Shown here: positions 45,679-56,216 of the stretch, in pieces
Layout: every line of letters begins with the position of its first letter
How positions within the stretch are numbered: the first letter of the stretch is position 1
From: an uncultured virus (IMG/VR IMGVR_UViG_3300017783_000004)
Lineage: Duplodnaviria > Heunggongvirae > Uroviricota > Caudoviricetes
Virus record (IMG/VR): IMGVR_UViG_3300017783_000004
DNA length: 64,000 bases
Reading direction: 5' to 3' (one strand)
Translations under genes and position numbers: made by a program
Notes under the pieces: generated by a model
Databases searched by the model: none
What the model saw: the letters and a program-made list of their open reading frames with translations, nothing else
Told to the model about the DNA's origin: nothing

Positions 45679-45823
45679 TCATCCAATCAACTGACATTTC
45701 GACTCTTTTCATGTCGACCTGGTCAGCAGCCTTTTGTTTGATACCCTTGAAAATAGAATCTTGAGCATCTTGTAATTTACCGGACTCTATTTGGTCCACT
45801 ATGTTTTTTGCTATTTCTGACAT
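45641..45823 (-). CDS. Small prohead core protein (gp67 position)
   Basis: 60 aa, directly after the portal gene. Confidence 0.6.
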   Translation of the reverse strand: MSEIAKNIVDQIESGKLQDAQDSIFKGIKQKAADQVDMKRVEMSVDWMNGENLGPDNNDS

Positions 45824-47352
45824 TAAAAGTCTTCTCCTTCTTCACTATGTCCCTCTGAATCTATTTCGCCTTGTATTCTAGCGATATCATCTTCTGAGAA
45901 ACGAAGTATATGTTTTCTGACATAATCGTCTGAAAAATACTTACCAATAAATGATTCTGCCTGTGAAAGAATATCTAATCTTTCTCTGATAATCTCTCCC
46001 TCTTTTAACTCTTGGAAGTGATTGTCTGTTGCAAAATCATAATGTATAAAATCTTTCATTGCATCAAACTCAGCGCCTGATACAATATTTTTTAGAACCA
46101 TTTGAGTTCTAAGTAAATCAGTAAAGAGTCTTGCAAACTTAGTTTGTAGTCTCTTAGTGAACTTATTAAATTTAAGTTCATCTCTACTAATTTCTGATGC
46201 CCTACCCATGTTGAAACCATTATCTGCTTCAAGTCTAGATGTAGGTACATTGAGAGAACGATATAGTTTCTTTTTAAAGTATTCTATATCTTCTATCTCT
46301 GCAAGGTTCTGACCACCTGGTAGTGTAGTAATCTCTGTTCCTCTACCACCTTCTCTTCTTGGTAACCAAAAGTCTTCTAACATTGACATGTGGCGTCTAT
46401 CATCTTTGATTTCGCCTGTGTCTGCATTGTAAACAAGTTTATTTCTATACTTGTTCATTGTATCTGCAAGGTATTGTTCTGCCTTTACTTTAGGTAAATT
46501 ACCAACATCAATATAGAAGATTCTTCTTTCTGGTGCCCTTGATATTCTGTAAATAACAAGTGCATCTTCCATCATTGATAACTGATTTGCAGTCTTCAAT
46601 GCCTTATGCAAATATCCGATTACAACATTCTTTGTGTAATCTAACATACCAGAAGTAGTATAACTTACTGCCTCTGGTGCAATCTTAACTGTGGCGCCTT
46701 CATTTGCGACACCTTTGTCGAATCCTTTGTCGTTAAACATATAGAATTCTTCAACTTTTTTGATTATATCTATTTTCGTTTTAGTGTCTTTTTCTTTTTC
46801 GACATTACGAACTTTCTTAATCTTTAATGGGTCAACATTTCTAATGTCAACCATGCCTTGTTGTGGTCTTTTAGAATCTACAATCTTATGAAAGTAAATA
46901 CGACCATCAACATACCATTTACGGAATAGTTCATGTGAATTTTGATGGAATTTCATCAAGGTTAGAATCACCTTGAATTCTTCGTGCATCTTTTGTTTGA
47001 TGCTGTCGGACAATTCTACATCTCTTAAATCTAATGAGACTACTCTATCTTGGGTATCTGAAACTATACATTCATTTACTATATCTTCGATAGCAATATC
47101 ACATTCTGGCACAAGAGATGTCTCTCTGTATCTTCTAATGAGTGCGACCTCATTCTTGATACCTCCTTCCATATCAACATAGGAACCATATGCCCCACCT
47201 GATATGAAACCACCTGGCGACTGTTGAACAATGGGAGTTCCATCATCCTCGGCCGGTGCTACAAAAGAAGTCGCTGACTTCTTTTGTATATCTACATCTC
47301 GTAATTCGTCTTTCAACCCCTTACGATTTATTTCAAACCCAAAAATATCCAT
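45823..47352 (-). CDS. gp20: Portal protein
   Basis: WYVDGR, RAPERRIFYIDVGNLPK, EDFWLPRREGGRGTEITTLPGG. Confidence 0.98.
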   Translation of the reverse strand: MDIFGFEINRKGLKDELRDVDIQKKSATSFVAPAEDDGTPIVQQSPGGFISGGAYGSYVDMEGGIKNEVALIRRYRETSLVPECDIAIEDIVNECIVSDTQDRVVSLDLRDVELSDSIKQKMHEEFKVILTLMKFHQNSHELFRKWYVDGRIYFHKIVDSKRPQQGMVDIRNVDPLKIKKVRNVEKEKDTKTKIDIIKKVEEFYMFNDKGFDKGVANEGATVKIAPEAVSYTTSGMLDYTKNVVIGYLHKALKTANQLSMMEDALVIYRISRAPERRIFYIDVGNLPKVKAEQYLADTMNKYRNKLVYNADTGEIKDDRRHMSMLEDFWLPRREGGRGTEITTLPGGQNLAEIEDIEYFKKKLYRSLNVPTSRLEADNGFNMGRASEISRDELKFNKFTKRLQTKFARLFTDLLRTQMVLKNIVSGAEFDAMKDFIHYDFATDNHFQELKEGEIIRERLDILSQAESFIGKYFSDDYVRKHILRFSEDDIARIQGEIDSEGHSEEGEDF

Positions 47353-47397
47353 AATTATATTTATAACACCCTAAATGGTGCTATTTTCACTTTATTT

Positions 47398-47895
47398 TTA
47401 AAGGACTCTTTCCCAATGCGAATACTGGAATTCAACATCAAATGTCTCCAATGTGTCAACTGTCTCATAAGATAAGTCAATCGCACCAATACTAGTTGGA
47501 AACATGTTAAAGAATTCGTATCTCGCAAGGACGGAATCATCTTTGTTTAATTGTTCAACAAATGCTCTGTCTACTAAGTAGTCAAGGTTTGTTTGTCCTT
47601 CACCACTGTCTAAGTCTTGAATGTCTGTTTGCCATCCTTCTAGTGCAGTTCTTGCTGAGAATTCTACATCATTAATAATTGTCACGGTCCAAGGTTCGAA
47701 TGTTCTATCTCCTGCGAGTTTTAAAACATGTCCTCTGAACTGTTGTTCAACAACACCTAATGTAGCAGCAGGAATCTGTGCTGATTGACATAAGAATTCA
47801 ATCTTATTACCTGTTCTAGGTATAAAAACTCTAAAACGGTTAGCTCTTGGGCCACCACCTAGAAGTTGTGCTTTGAATTGGTCTATACTTGCCAT
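47398..47895 (-). CDS. gp19: Tail tube protein
   Basis: RANRFRV, AGDRTFEPWTVTIIND, FPTSIGAIDL. Confidence 0.95.
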   Translation of the reverse strand: MASIDQFKAQLLGGGPRANRFRVFIPRTGNKIEFLCQSAQIPAATLGVVEQQFRGHVLKLAGDRTFEPWTVTIINDVEFSARTALEGWQTDIQDLDSGEGQTNLDYLVDRAFVEQLNKDDSVLARYEFFNMFPTSIGAIDLSYETVDTLETFDVEFQYSHWERVL

Positions 47896-47906
47896 CTAAT
47901 TACTCC

Positions 47907-49910
47907 TTATACTGCGCCGTAAATTTCTTCAAACTGAACACCACTTCTAGCAGCAACAAAGTTTAAAGTTATGTAGTTAATTGATTTAGAAGGTTTCAAG
48001 AAGATAGAACATACAAATTCGTTTCTATCTTGTACAGCGTCTGTATTGTTTGTTTCGTCACAAACGACTGAGAAATCTACTAATCCTCTTCTGTTTTTAA
48101 CATCTCTTAAGAAAGGTTCTACAGCAGCCCTAAATTGAGCCCTTGTGAATGAATCGTTGAATTCAAACAATTGAGCCTTAGCAGCAGTTGAAATTGCCTT
48201 TTCTAAAGTGATGAATAGTCTTCTTACATTTATTCTATCAAATGCGGAAGGTGATGTTAATGCAGTCTTATCTCCAAATAGTACTGTTCCCTGTCCTGGG
48301 AAGGTAACTACTGGATTAATTCTTGCACGATATAGGTCATCTCTACTTGACTGTTTCGGATTGAAAGCAAGTTTAGTGATACCTAAGTATTGTCCTCTTG
48401 AGAACCCAGCAGGCGAGAACCATGGGTCTTGAAGTAAGTCACTTCTTGCCATAATTCCAGCAGTGTGTCCACATGCAGGTACCCAACAATATTTGTCATT
48501 GTACTTCTCGTATTGATAAGTCCAACCACTGTCGAATACTGCGTAAGAACTAGATGTGCATGATGCGTAATCTGCCTTAACATTTGTTGATTGTGTTGAC
48601 TCACTTGATACGCCAACTACTGAGGCTCTTCTTGGAGATGCAACTACTAAACAGTCTTTTCTATTTTCTGCAATCTGTATTGCACTGTTTACTAGTGAAT
48701 TGTGGTCTGCAAGAGTATCTTGAGCACCCTCTGAACCACCCCCAGCGTCACTGGATGTTGACCCAACGACTAAGAAAGCCATATCTATTGTTTCTGCATC
48801 TGAGAAATGTTTGTCCCATGCATCGGTCTTTTGACCAACTGTTGGGTTTGCACGACCATCTGCACCACCTGTTAGTGATGAGATTTCAGGAAGAGCAGGT
48901 CTTGTGAAGACATTACCGACTGCAGCCTGTAATGTTCTGTTTTCTGCGACTGTTAAGTCTGTTGCAGTTGAGTGACCTGACCACCAAACATACTTTGATT
49001 CTCTTTCGATTACATCTTTGTAGTAGTTTGAATTACCTGTAGAATTCTTTGCATCTGACCCTAGTGATACGAATGAGAATGACTCTAACACAGCGCCTTT
49101 AGTGCCTGTGAATAGACCATCTTCATCTTCAACAACAAGGTGAATCTCATCATTTACTGCGCCAACTAATGTGGCCCCTGCTGATGTTCCTGGTGCTTTG
49201 TCGAATAATGCGTAATGTTCCCAATATCTATCAACTGATTCATCATCAACAACAGCACTTGTAAGACCAGTACCTTCTGGTTGATTTAATGCCTTAAATG
49301 TCAATGTGTTTGTTGAAATACCAACTACTTGATAATGAGTCGTGTGATTTGCGAACTTAATGATGTCGCCAATTATAACAGCGGCGCCTGAATCTACTAC
49401 AACTGATGTTGCTCCAATTGCGTAGCCTGACCCATTGTTGACTGCGGTAGCAGCGTCATTGAAATATGCGTTTGAAGAAGCACACATGTGAACTTTAATA
49501 GAATTACCTAAAGCCCCAGCGTGTCTTGCAACCCACTTACCGACTGTACCTGCTGCCCCACCTGATTTATAGGTGTTTACATAGTCGTCTGAATTTTTTA
49601 ATAATGTTGCTGAGTTTCCTGTTTGGTTTGCGTTGAATAAACCAGTGTTAGAAATTCTAACTACTGATAATGAAGAACCATATCTCAAGAAAGACTCGGC
49701 AGTGTAGAAGTCTTCAACAGAGGCGTTATTGTCTGCTGGTTTGTAGAATTCTTCAACTAGTTGTTGTCCATCTGAAACTGTTTTTACTTCATCAACAGGT
49801 CCCCATTGGAATACGCCAGCGAATCCACCTCTTGTTGAGGATACTGCTGGAACAACATTCGATAAGTCAATCTCTTTGACCTGAACGCCTGGTGAAACTT
49901 GAAATGCCAT
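47907..49910 (-). CDS. gp18: Tail sheath protein
   Basis: SPGVQVKEID, FQWGP, PWFSPAG, FDRINVRRLF, FEFND. Confidence 0.97.
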   Translation of the reverse strand: MAFQVSPGVQVKEIDLSNVVPAVSSTRGGFAGVFQWGPVDEVKTVSDGQQLVEEFYKPADNNASVEDFYTAESFLRYGSSLSVVRISNTGLFNANQTGNSATLLKNSDDYVNTYKSGGAAGTVGKWVARHAGALGNSIKVHMCASSNAYFNDAATAVNNGSGYAIGATSVVVDSGAAVIIGDIIKFANHTTHYQVVGISTNTLTFKALNQPEGTGLTSAVVDDESVDRYWEHYALFDKAPGTSAGATLVGAVNDEIHLVVEDEDGLFTGTKGAVLESFSFVSLGSDAKNSTGNSNYYKDVIERESKYVWWSGHSTATDLTVAENRTLQAAVGNVFTRPALPEISSLTGGADGRANPTVGQKTDAWDKHFSDAETIDMAFLVVGSTSSDAGGGSEGAQDTLADHNSLVNSAIQIAENRKDCLVVASPRRASVVGVSSESTQSTNVKADYASCTSSSYAVFDSGWTYQYEKYNDKYCWVPACGHTAGIMARSDLLQDPWFSPAGFSRGQYLGITKLAFNPKQSSRDDLYRARINPVVTFPGQGTVLFGDKTALTSPSAFDRINVRRLFITLEKAISTAAKAQLFEFNDSFTRAQFRAAVEPFLRDVKNRRGLVDFSVVCDETNNTDAVQDRNEFVCSIFLKPSKSINYITLNFVAARSGVQFEEIYGAV

Positions 49911-49980
49911 ACTTTTCTCCTGTTAATGTATTTTTACATTGTAAAAGTTGTTTACACTTTTATTTATATATTTATAATAT

Positions 49981-51564
49981 CTAAGAACCCTTAGAGTACC
50001 ATCTGTCGCCACTAGCGTCAACAAATGATTCGACTTCGCCTTGGTCCCCAAATACTCCCGCTGGTAACATGTCATCCTCTATCATTTTCTGTTGTTCAGA
50101 ATATAATAAATCTTTAACAGCGGTGTCTGTTAAGTGTGTGAAGAACTCTGTGGTTACAAACCACGCAAAGAGTACACAATTCATTACCATGTCGTCATGA
50201 TAACCTCTGTCTGCCTCGAATGAAGAACCTTTATTAACAAATGTCATAAGTTCTGTAATCGTTGCTCTATCTACTACAGATAGTCTGTTTTCTTCTAGTA
50301 GTTCCTTTAAAGTGGAACAACCAACTCTCTTAATCTTTCTAGACATTGTGATACCAATGTCTTTCGCATGTGTCATACCTTGCACAAAGACATTTGGATA
50401 TTCTATGTCATAGTGCAATTGTGTAGCGACCATTGAACCCTCTGCATTGTTTTCTATTATTACAAGTGCTTCATTATATCTACTACAGTACTTATTTATT
50501 AAATCCGGAAACAGCATGGGGCTAATCATGTTATCTCTGTATGTACAAACCTGTTTAAATGGTCTTTGAGACACATCAAAGATACTAAAAGTAGAATAGT
50601 CGAACCCTCTACCTTGTGATACATCAACGGTTACAACATAGTTATGGTCTTGTTTTGGCGTATCATATACTATTAAACCATCTTTTTTCCATTCGCCATC
50701 TACTGCTCTCATACCCAATAATGTATCTGCATTGATAAGAGTATTACCAGTACCTAAGAAACTGTTGCCATATTCTTGTTCAAACTGTGCCTCTGAGGTG
50801 TTTGCAATAGTCTGTTTCTTCCACTCTTCATCACGACCTGGCACATCTTGCCAACCAATAGTGAATGATTTATACTCTGATTGGTCATGTATAGCACTTT
50901 CGTATATCTTATGAAACATATTACCCACACCATTTGCAGTAGATGTGATAATAACTTTTGAATCTTTACCAGATGTGACAACAGGATATGTAGCAGTATA
51001 AAATGTCTCTGCATCTTCTACGAAAGCAAACTCATCAAGGTACAACATGTTAATTGACATACCACGAATGGACGATGAAGATGTGGCAGCTGCGACCAGT
51101 TTACTATCATTGCCGAACTCGATGTTTCCTTTGTTTAGAATCTTTACGCCTGGTTGTAAGAAGAATGGCACGGTCTCCAACATGGTTACAATACGAGACA
51201 CCATCTCTCTGGCAATCGCACCTTTGTTCGCCAGAATCGCTGTGGTGACTTCTGGAGTGAACAATAGATACCATAAAAGATATGCACATGATGTAATTGA
51301 TTTACCACTCTGTCTGGCGGCAAGAATGACACTGAATCTATTGTCATTAAAATGATTTATGAGTTTATCTTGATATCCACGAAGTTTAAACGGTACTAGA
51401 CCTTCATCTAGTGATATAATCTGACAATAATTTTGTATAAAGTGGCAAGGATCCTCAGAACATTTTTGATATTCTGCTATCTCTTCTGGTGTATACTTTG
51501 TTTCTACACCTGCTCTTTTGATTAAATTGTTACCTAAGTAACCTTCGTTCTTCGCTTGAACCAT
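49981..51564 (-). CDS. gp17: Terminase large subunit
   Basis: ARQSGKS, YLDEFAFV, ITSTANG, VDVSQG, HDDMVM. Confidence 0.98.
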   Translation of the reverse strand: MVQAKNEGYLGNNLIKRAGVETKYTPEEIAEYQKCSEDPCHFIQNYCQIISLDEGLVPFKLRGYQDKLINHFNDNRFSVILAARQSGKSITSCAYLLWYLLFTPEVTTAILANKGAIAREMVSRIVTMLETVPFFLQPGVKILNKGNIEFGNDSKLVAAATSSSSIRGMSINMLYLDEFAFVEDAETFYTATYPVVTSGKDSKVIITSTANGVGNMFHKIYESAIHDQSEYKSFTIGWQDVPGRDEEWKKQTIANTSEAQFEQEYGNSFLGTGNTLINADTLLGMRAVDGEWKKDGLIVYDTPKQDHNYVVTVDVSQGRGFDYSTFSIFDVSQRPFKQVCTYRDNMISPMLFPDLINKYCSRYNEALVIIENNAEGSMVATQLHYDIEYPNVFVQGMTHAKDIGITMSRKIKRVGCSTLKELLEENRLSVVDRATITELMTFVNKGSSFEADRGYHDDMVMNCVLFAWFVTTEFFTHLTDTAVKDLLYSEQQKMIEDDMLPAGVFGDQGEVESFVDASGDRWYSKGS

Positions 51565-51567
51565 ATT

Positions 51568-51963
51568 TTAGTCTTTGTTCTTCTTAAGGAACTTTTGTAA
51601 TTCAGAAGTTGACCCAACATACAAATGATTGTGTTGTTGTCCTATCTTCTGTTGTTCTTCGCCCTCTAACTTCTTCAATTTACTCTGTAAATCTATAAGT
51701 TTCTCTGCTGTTTCACCTACTGTTTTAATTAACTGACCTGCAACTTCGTATGCACGAGGGTGTTCTGTTTCTTTTGATAATTGTAGTATGCCTTCGATTG
51801 CATCTTGTCCTCTTTCTACGAGTCCATACAGATTTTCTCTAGCGTATTTGTAATCTGTTTCCATGTTCTCATGTCGAGAAGGAAGTTTAACTATCTTTGT
51901 TTCTTCTTTGATGTCCGATTCTATATTTAAAAGGTCATCTAATTTTTCATCTATATCATTCAT
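51568..51963 (-). CDS. gp16: Terminase small subunit
   Basis: DYKYARENL, HPRAYEVAGQL, YVGSTSELQK. Confidence 0.93.
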   Translation of the reverse strand: MNDIDEKLDDLLNIESDIKEETKIVKLPSRHENMETDYKYARENLYGLVERGQDAIEGILQLSKETEHPRAYEVAGQLIKTVGETAEKLIDLQSKLKKLEGEEQQKIGQQHNHLYVGSTSELQKFLKKNKD

Positions 51964-52460
51964 GTTATTGCCTCGAAATAGTCTATATTCAGTACATGTC
52001 TATATTTTTTACTACATGTATTGGTTGTACCTGTGTGTTGTGTATGTCCATCAAACATCAATATTCTATTCGCAACACTATCAATACATTCTATTTCATC
52101 TGATTCTTTTAGCATAGTATATCCATTATTTGTATTTAAGTATAACAATGCAGTTTTTAAATTTTTTGGTGCAGTCTCAATGTCCACATGAAATTCATTT
52201 TTTATAATTGTATCAGTTCTTGGCAACATATTAAGTTTACATCGCACTAAAGAACAAACATTTAATTTATCTAATAATGGTTCAATCCACTCATATGCAT
52301 CACTCTGAGGTTGATTGTCAAAGTATAATGCATGTACAAATTGTATCTCATCACCATCTCTATTGACTGTATTTAAAAAATATGGAAAAGTTGGATGAGT
52401 AAATTTATCTACTAGTTCATTAAAGTAGTTTTGGTCTAATGCATTATCTATTATTTTCAT
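51960..52460 (-). CDS. 2OG-Fe(II) oxygenase-like protein
   Basis: FHVD, LYLNTNNGYT, NRILMFDG..QH, RHVLNIDY. Confidence 0.75.
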   Translation of the reverse strand: MKIIDNALDQNYFNELVDKFTHPTFPYFLNTVNRDGDEIQFVHALYFDNQPQSDAYEWIEPLLDKLNVCSLVRCKLNMLPRTDTIIKNEFHVDIETAPKNLKTALLYLNTNNGYTMLKESDEIECIDSVANRILMFDGHTQHTGTTNTCSKKYRHVLNIDYFEAIT

Positions 52461-52475
52461 CTATTTCATTCATAA

Positions 52476-53513
52476 TTAACTATTGTCTTCTTCACTGTAA
52501 TCATCTTTGACACCATCGTCATAGAAAGATACATTCTCTGCAACAACGAAAGTATCGTCTGCATCGACTGAACCAACAAAGAGTAATTTATTACTAGCAT
52601 CGGTCATGTTCACAGCAGCCGAAACTGTTATTTGTTCTCTGTTAGTTGCAATTGTGGTTATTGTGGGATTGGTATCTAAGTTGGTACCAAATACTTCATC
52701 TCCTACACTTATCTTACTATTTATTGCACTAGGGAAGGTGATTATGTTTAGGTCACTTACTGCATTTGATAACTCTTGGAATGCAGGTTCATAGTGTTTA
52801 ACTTCTTTAACAAGTCCTGATACACCTATATTTGATGATGTAAATGTTTTATTGCCATCTCCAATATAAGTTCTTTCAATAACATTCTTAATGATATTGC
52901 CTGTATAGATAGGACCAAAGAAGTATGTCTTCATTGTAAAGTCTAAAGTATATTCTATAACTCTTCTATCTTCCATTGAACCCTCATAGTCATCTTGAAA
53001 TGATACTGAGTTTAATATTATGGGTACATCTCTATGGTCTGCCATATCATCAACCATCTTCATGGTGACTGTATATTCTGGTTGAAAGTAAGGTAGTATC
53101 TGTTCTACGATTTGCAATGCATCATTCATATTCTTAGTTAGAATAGTTAATGTAAAGTTTAGATTGTAAGGTGCAGGTGCGTATTGAAAACCTTTTTTAC
53201 CATTTGTTTCCATTATAGGTTTGACTGCCCTTATGAGTTTGTTCTGTTGTCTCTGTACATCATATTCAAAACCTGTCAATTCAAATGCCATCCTTGGCAA
53301 CGATATTGCACTCCTATTTCTATCTGATAGATTCGCCTCTTCAGCAATTCTATCTAAAAACTTTTGTTTAGGACCATATGATATTGGTACCATAGGAGAA
53401 GATAAGACTGTTCCGTCTGATTTGATTTTCTTGAATTGAATGTTATTAAACATAGTACCAAATACTGATACGCATCGTTTAATAGTTTCATTGTAAAAAT
53501 ATGTACCGAACAT
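52476..53513 (-). CDS. gp15: Tail sheath stabiliser / completion protein
   Basis: VPISYGPKQKFL, LPRMAFE, QIVEQILPYFQP, RRVIEYTLDF. Confidence 0.94.
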   Translation of the reverse strand: MFGTYFYNETIKRCVSVFGTMFNNIQFKKIKSDGTVLSSPMVPISYGPKQKFLDRIAEEANLSDRNRSAISLPRMAFELTGFEYDVQRQQNKLIRAVKPIMETNGKKGFQYAPAPYNLNFTLTILTKNMNDALQIVEQILPYFQPEYTVTMKMVDDMADHRDVPIILNSVSFQDDYEGSMEDRRVIEYTLDFTMKTYFFGPIYTGNIIKNVIERTYIGDGNKTFTSSNIGVSGLVKEVKHYEPAFQELSNAVSDLNIITFPSAINSKISVGDEVFGTNLDTNPTITTIATNREQITVSAAVNMTDASNKLLFVGSVDADDTFVVAENVSFYDDGVKDDYSEEDNS

Positions 53514-54364
53514 TATGGTTCACCAAATGGGTTTGTTTCTGATAAGTCTAAGTATGATGAATCTTTATTCTCAAAGTCTAAGTTCTGAGCGGCTGCATCA
53601 TTGTTGAATGTCATTCTATCGTCTATAGATGAGATAGTAAATGTTGCGCCATTGGCACCATTTAATACATCGCCAACTTGTAGTGTTGTTGTGATATCTT
53701 TTGCGAGAAGTTTACTTGTCGGTTGATTCCAAGATACAACTTCTGCAACAACTGTACCATTGAGTGCGAGAGTTTCATTCGCAATATAGTCTGTTGCATT
53801 ACCATTGTTCATTGTCATATTCAATGAGTATGCTTGTTCATCTTCTATCAAGTCTATGTCACCAATTCCAGTATCGAAATCTTCTTGACTGTATTCAAAC
53901 AGTTCACATCTTAGTTTAAATACAAACAGTTTACCTACTTGATAGAAAGGGTCTTCATGTTCTACAAATTTAATTTCAAACATAGAACCACTAAGAGGGA
54001 AGTAGATTAAATCTCCTTCGTTTGGTCTAAATGATGTTGCGAGATTTGAGTCTAGTGAGATGAATCTTTCCCAACTTCTTAATGATATAACAAAGGTCGC
54101 CTGGTCTCTAATCTGTAAACCAAACTTAGACATAAGGTCGCCTTCGCCTTCGAAACCATCTGTATTCTCAATGTACATTTCAACTGAGTATGCATCACCA
54201 AATTTAGATTGCACATCTTCATTGAGTATACTATCCTCTTCGATAACTTGTCGAGGTAGATACATTGTCTCGTGACCATACATTCTTAAAGACTCAACAA
54301 CTAAATCTTCATAGAGATGTTGTTCAGAATTTACTGCATGATTAAAAAATACATTTGTTGCCAT
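53513..54364 (-). CDS. gp14: Neck protein
   Basis: EQHLYEDLVVESL, RPNEGDLIYFP, FEIKFVEHEDPFYQ, ETNPFG. Confidence 0.94.
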   Translation of the reverse strand: MATNVFFNHAVNSEQHLYEDLVVESLRMYGHETMYLPRQVIEEDSILNEDVQSKFGDAYSVEMYIENTDGFEGEGDLMSKFGLQIRDQATFVISLRSWERFISLDSNLATSFRPNEGDLIYFPLSGSMFEIKFVEHEDPFYQVGKLFVFKLRCELFEYSQEDFDTGIGDIDLIEDEQAYSLNMTMNNGNATDYIANETLALNGTVVAEVVSWNQPTSKLLAKDITTTLQVGDVLNGANGATFTISSIDDRMTFNNDAAAQNLDFENKDSSYLDLSETNPFGEP

Positions 54365-54370
54365 AATTTA

Positions 54371-55186
54371 TTAGCCCATCATGTCCATGGGTAACATGTC
54401 ATGATTTAGTCTTGCCTCTTCTTCGAGTCTTGTTATTTCTTCTTGTGCCTCTTGTTTCATCTGTTGTCCATCTAGTGTCACACCACCTGGTAATGCGATA
54501 CCTGAGAATTTAGATAAGTTCTCTCCCCACTGATATTTACATAATGCAGTTGCATATTTTTTTAACCACATGTCATTGTATACATCTGTAAAGTTATTTG
54601 GGTCTATCTTTCTATAACATTCAATAACAATATACTCACCTTCATGTACAAAGTTTGAGTCCATGTGTAAGTATAATCTGTTTTGATGTTGATTGTAATT
54701 GATTGGTGTTCTACCAATAAGAATGTGATTCATTGTTTGAATCTGTTGTTGAACCATTTCATAGTGCAACATGTTAGTAGCGTTCATACTATATAAATCA
54801 TTTAATCTTAACTGATATCTAATGTCCCACATGTTGAGCGCTGACTTATCATTGAATGGAAATATGTTCATAACTGCCATAACAAACTCTGGAAGAACAA
54901 TGTAATTTTGTTGTTGTTTGAATTGTTCGTCTGTATATGCGTGAGTACCAGCTGCGCTTTCAGTGAATGATTCATCACTCTTCATTGTTTGTTTTTTGGT
55001 ACCTGTCATCTGATGTTTTAGATAACATTTAATCGTTCCATCGTAATGATAATTGTAGAAGTATTGAAGTGCTTCGTCTATTCTATCATCAAACTGGTCT
55101 TCATCGATGTTGATTTCCAGAACAGGTGCACCAAGTTTTCTTTTGATGTACTCTTTGAATGTTGCTTTACTGTTTGGAGTTGCCAT
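54371..55186 (-). CDS. gp13: Neck protein
   Basis: LGAPVLEINI, WLKKYATAL, QWGENLSKF, LPGGVTLDG. Confidence 0.95.
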   Translation of the reverse strand: MATPNSKATFKEYIKRKLGAPVLEINIDEDQFDDRIDEALQYFYNYHYDGTIKCYLKHQMTGTKKQTMKSDESFTESAAGTHAYTDEQFKQQQNYIVLPEFVMAVMNIFPFNDKSALNMWDIRYQLRLNDLYSMNATNMLHYEMVQQQIQTMNHILIGRTPINYNQHQNRLYLHMDSNFVHEGEYIVIECYRKIDPNNFTDVYNDMWLKKYATALCKYQWGENLSKFSGIALPGGVTLDGQQMKQEAQEEITRLEEEARLNHDMLPMDMMG

Positions 55187-55224
55187 AGTAGTATTTCCTG
55201 TTTATACTACTATTTATATGAATT

Positions 55225-55485
55225 CTAATCTTGGAAAAAAGTTTTTGTTTGTAGTCTATCTATCTTCTCATCTATACGCTCTATAGAATCGATAATTCTC
55301 TGAAAAGACTTCTCCATCTGTTCTCTAGTGACATAATCCTTGGCGATTTCTTCTCTTGTTTTATTGATAAGAATATCCATTCTCTTTTGTTCAGCAAAGA
55401 TTCCTCGAATCATCCATCCGACAGGAACTACTACAACAGTAAGAACAATATTCCAAAGTAAGTGTGGGTCTATGACTATATCCAT
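55225..55485 (-). CDS. Small TM plus coiled-coil protein
   Basis: N-terminal hydrophobic helix, TREEIAKDYV, ERIDEKIDRL. Confidence 0.7.
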   Translation of the reverse strand: MDIVIDPHLLWNIVLTVVVVPVGWMIRGIFAEQKRMDILINKTREEIAKDYVTREQMEKSFQRIIDSIERIDEKIDRLQTKTFFQD

Positions 55486-55505
55486 ATTGTTATTTATGAA
55501 TATGA

Positions 55506-56216
55506 CTACTGTATCAACTTACCAAATCTATCTGTTCTGAACACTAAACCCATGTTTTCTTTATGCCATTCTTCGCCATTCTCTTCAATAAGAGTTTCTC
55601 CATCGGGATGTTGAATCTCTATATTAAACGATATACTATATCTATCTTTATCTGTCGTGTTTGGTTCAACCATATGCATGGTGCCACTAGGAAATAAAAG
55701 TATGTCTCCAGTTTTTGGTTGCCAACCCCAAGATTCTTCCATTCTAGGTGAAGATAGAGCCATTCCAACATAGTGTTTAGTTGTTTCTATAAACTTAATA
55801 TCTCCCTCGTCTCCGTCTGCCCTAATATAACATGCACCAGAATAAGTACAACCATTATGTAAATGTGGTGCATTATATCCACCTGGATAGTTTATGTTTC
55901 CCCATGAGTTATGCATAACACATTGAGCAGTTCCTTTTTCAAATCCACAATAACCCATAATCTCTTCCGTCACTGTTCTTTTAATTTGTCTCATCAACTT
56001 ATTGAATATGGGATTGTTATCGATACCATCGTTTGATTGCCAACCGAGACCTTTATTAGACCTTCTTCTACCTTCACGGTCTCTAGTTCTCATAGCGTCC
56101 ATTTCATCCTTCAACATTTGAAAATACTCTGGCGTCAATCCTTCCACTTTGTCTTCTGGATTATATAACCATTCTCTAATACAAATTACTGCTGGACTAA
56201 ATAATTTAATCGCCAT
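55506..56216 (-). CDS. 2OG-Fe(II) oxygenase (TIGR02466-like)
   Basis: GWQS, SWGNIN, PHLH, YSGACY, FPSGTMHMVEPN, RYSISFN. Confidence 0.88.
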   Translation of the reverse strand: MAIKLFSPAVICIREWLYNPEDKVEGLTPEYFQMLKDEMDAMRTRDREGRRRSNKGLGWQSNDGIDNNPIFNKLMRQIKRTVTEEIMGYCGFEKGTAQCVMHNSWGNINYPGGYNAPHLHNGCTYSGACYIRADGDEGDIKFIETTKHYVGMALSSPRMEESWGWQPKTGDILLFPSGTMHMVEPNTTDKDRYSISFNIEIQHPDGETLIEENGEEWHKENMGLVFRTDRFGKLIQ

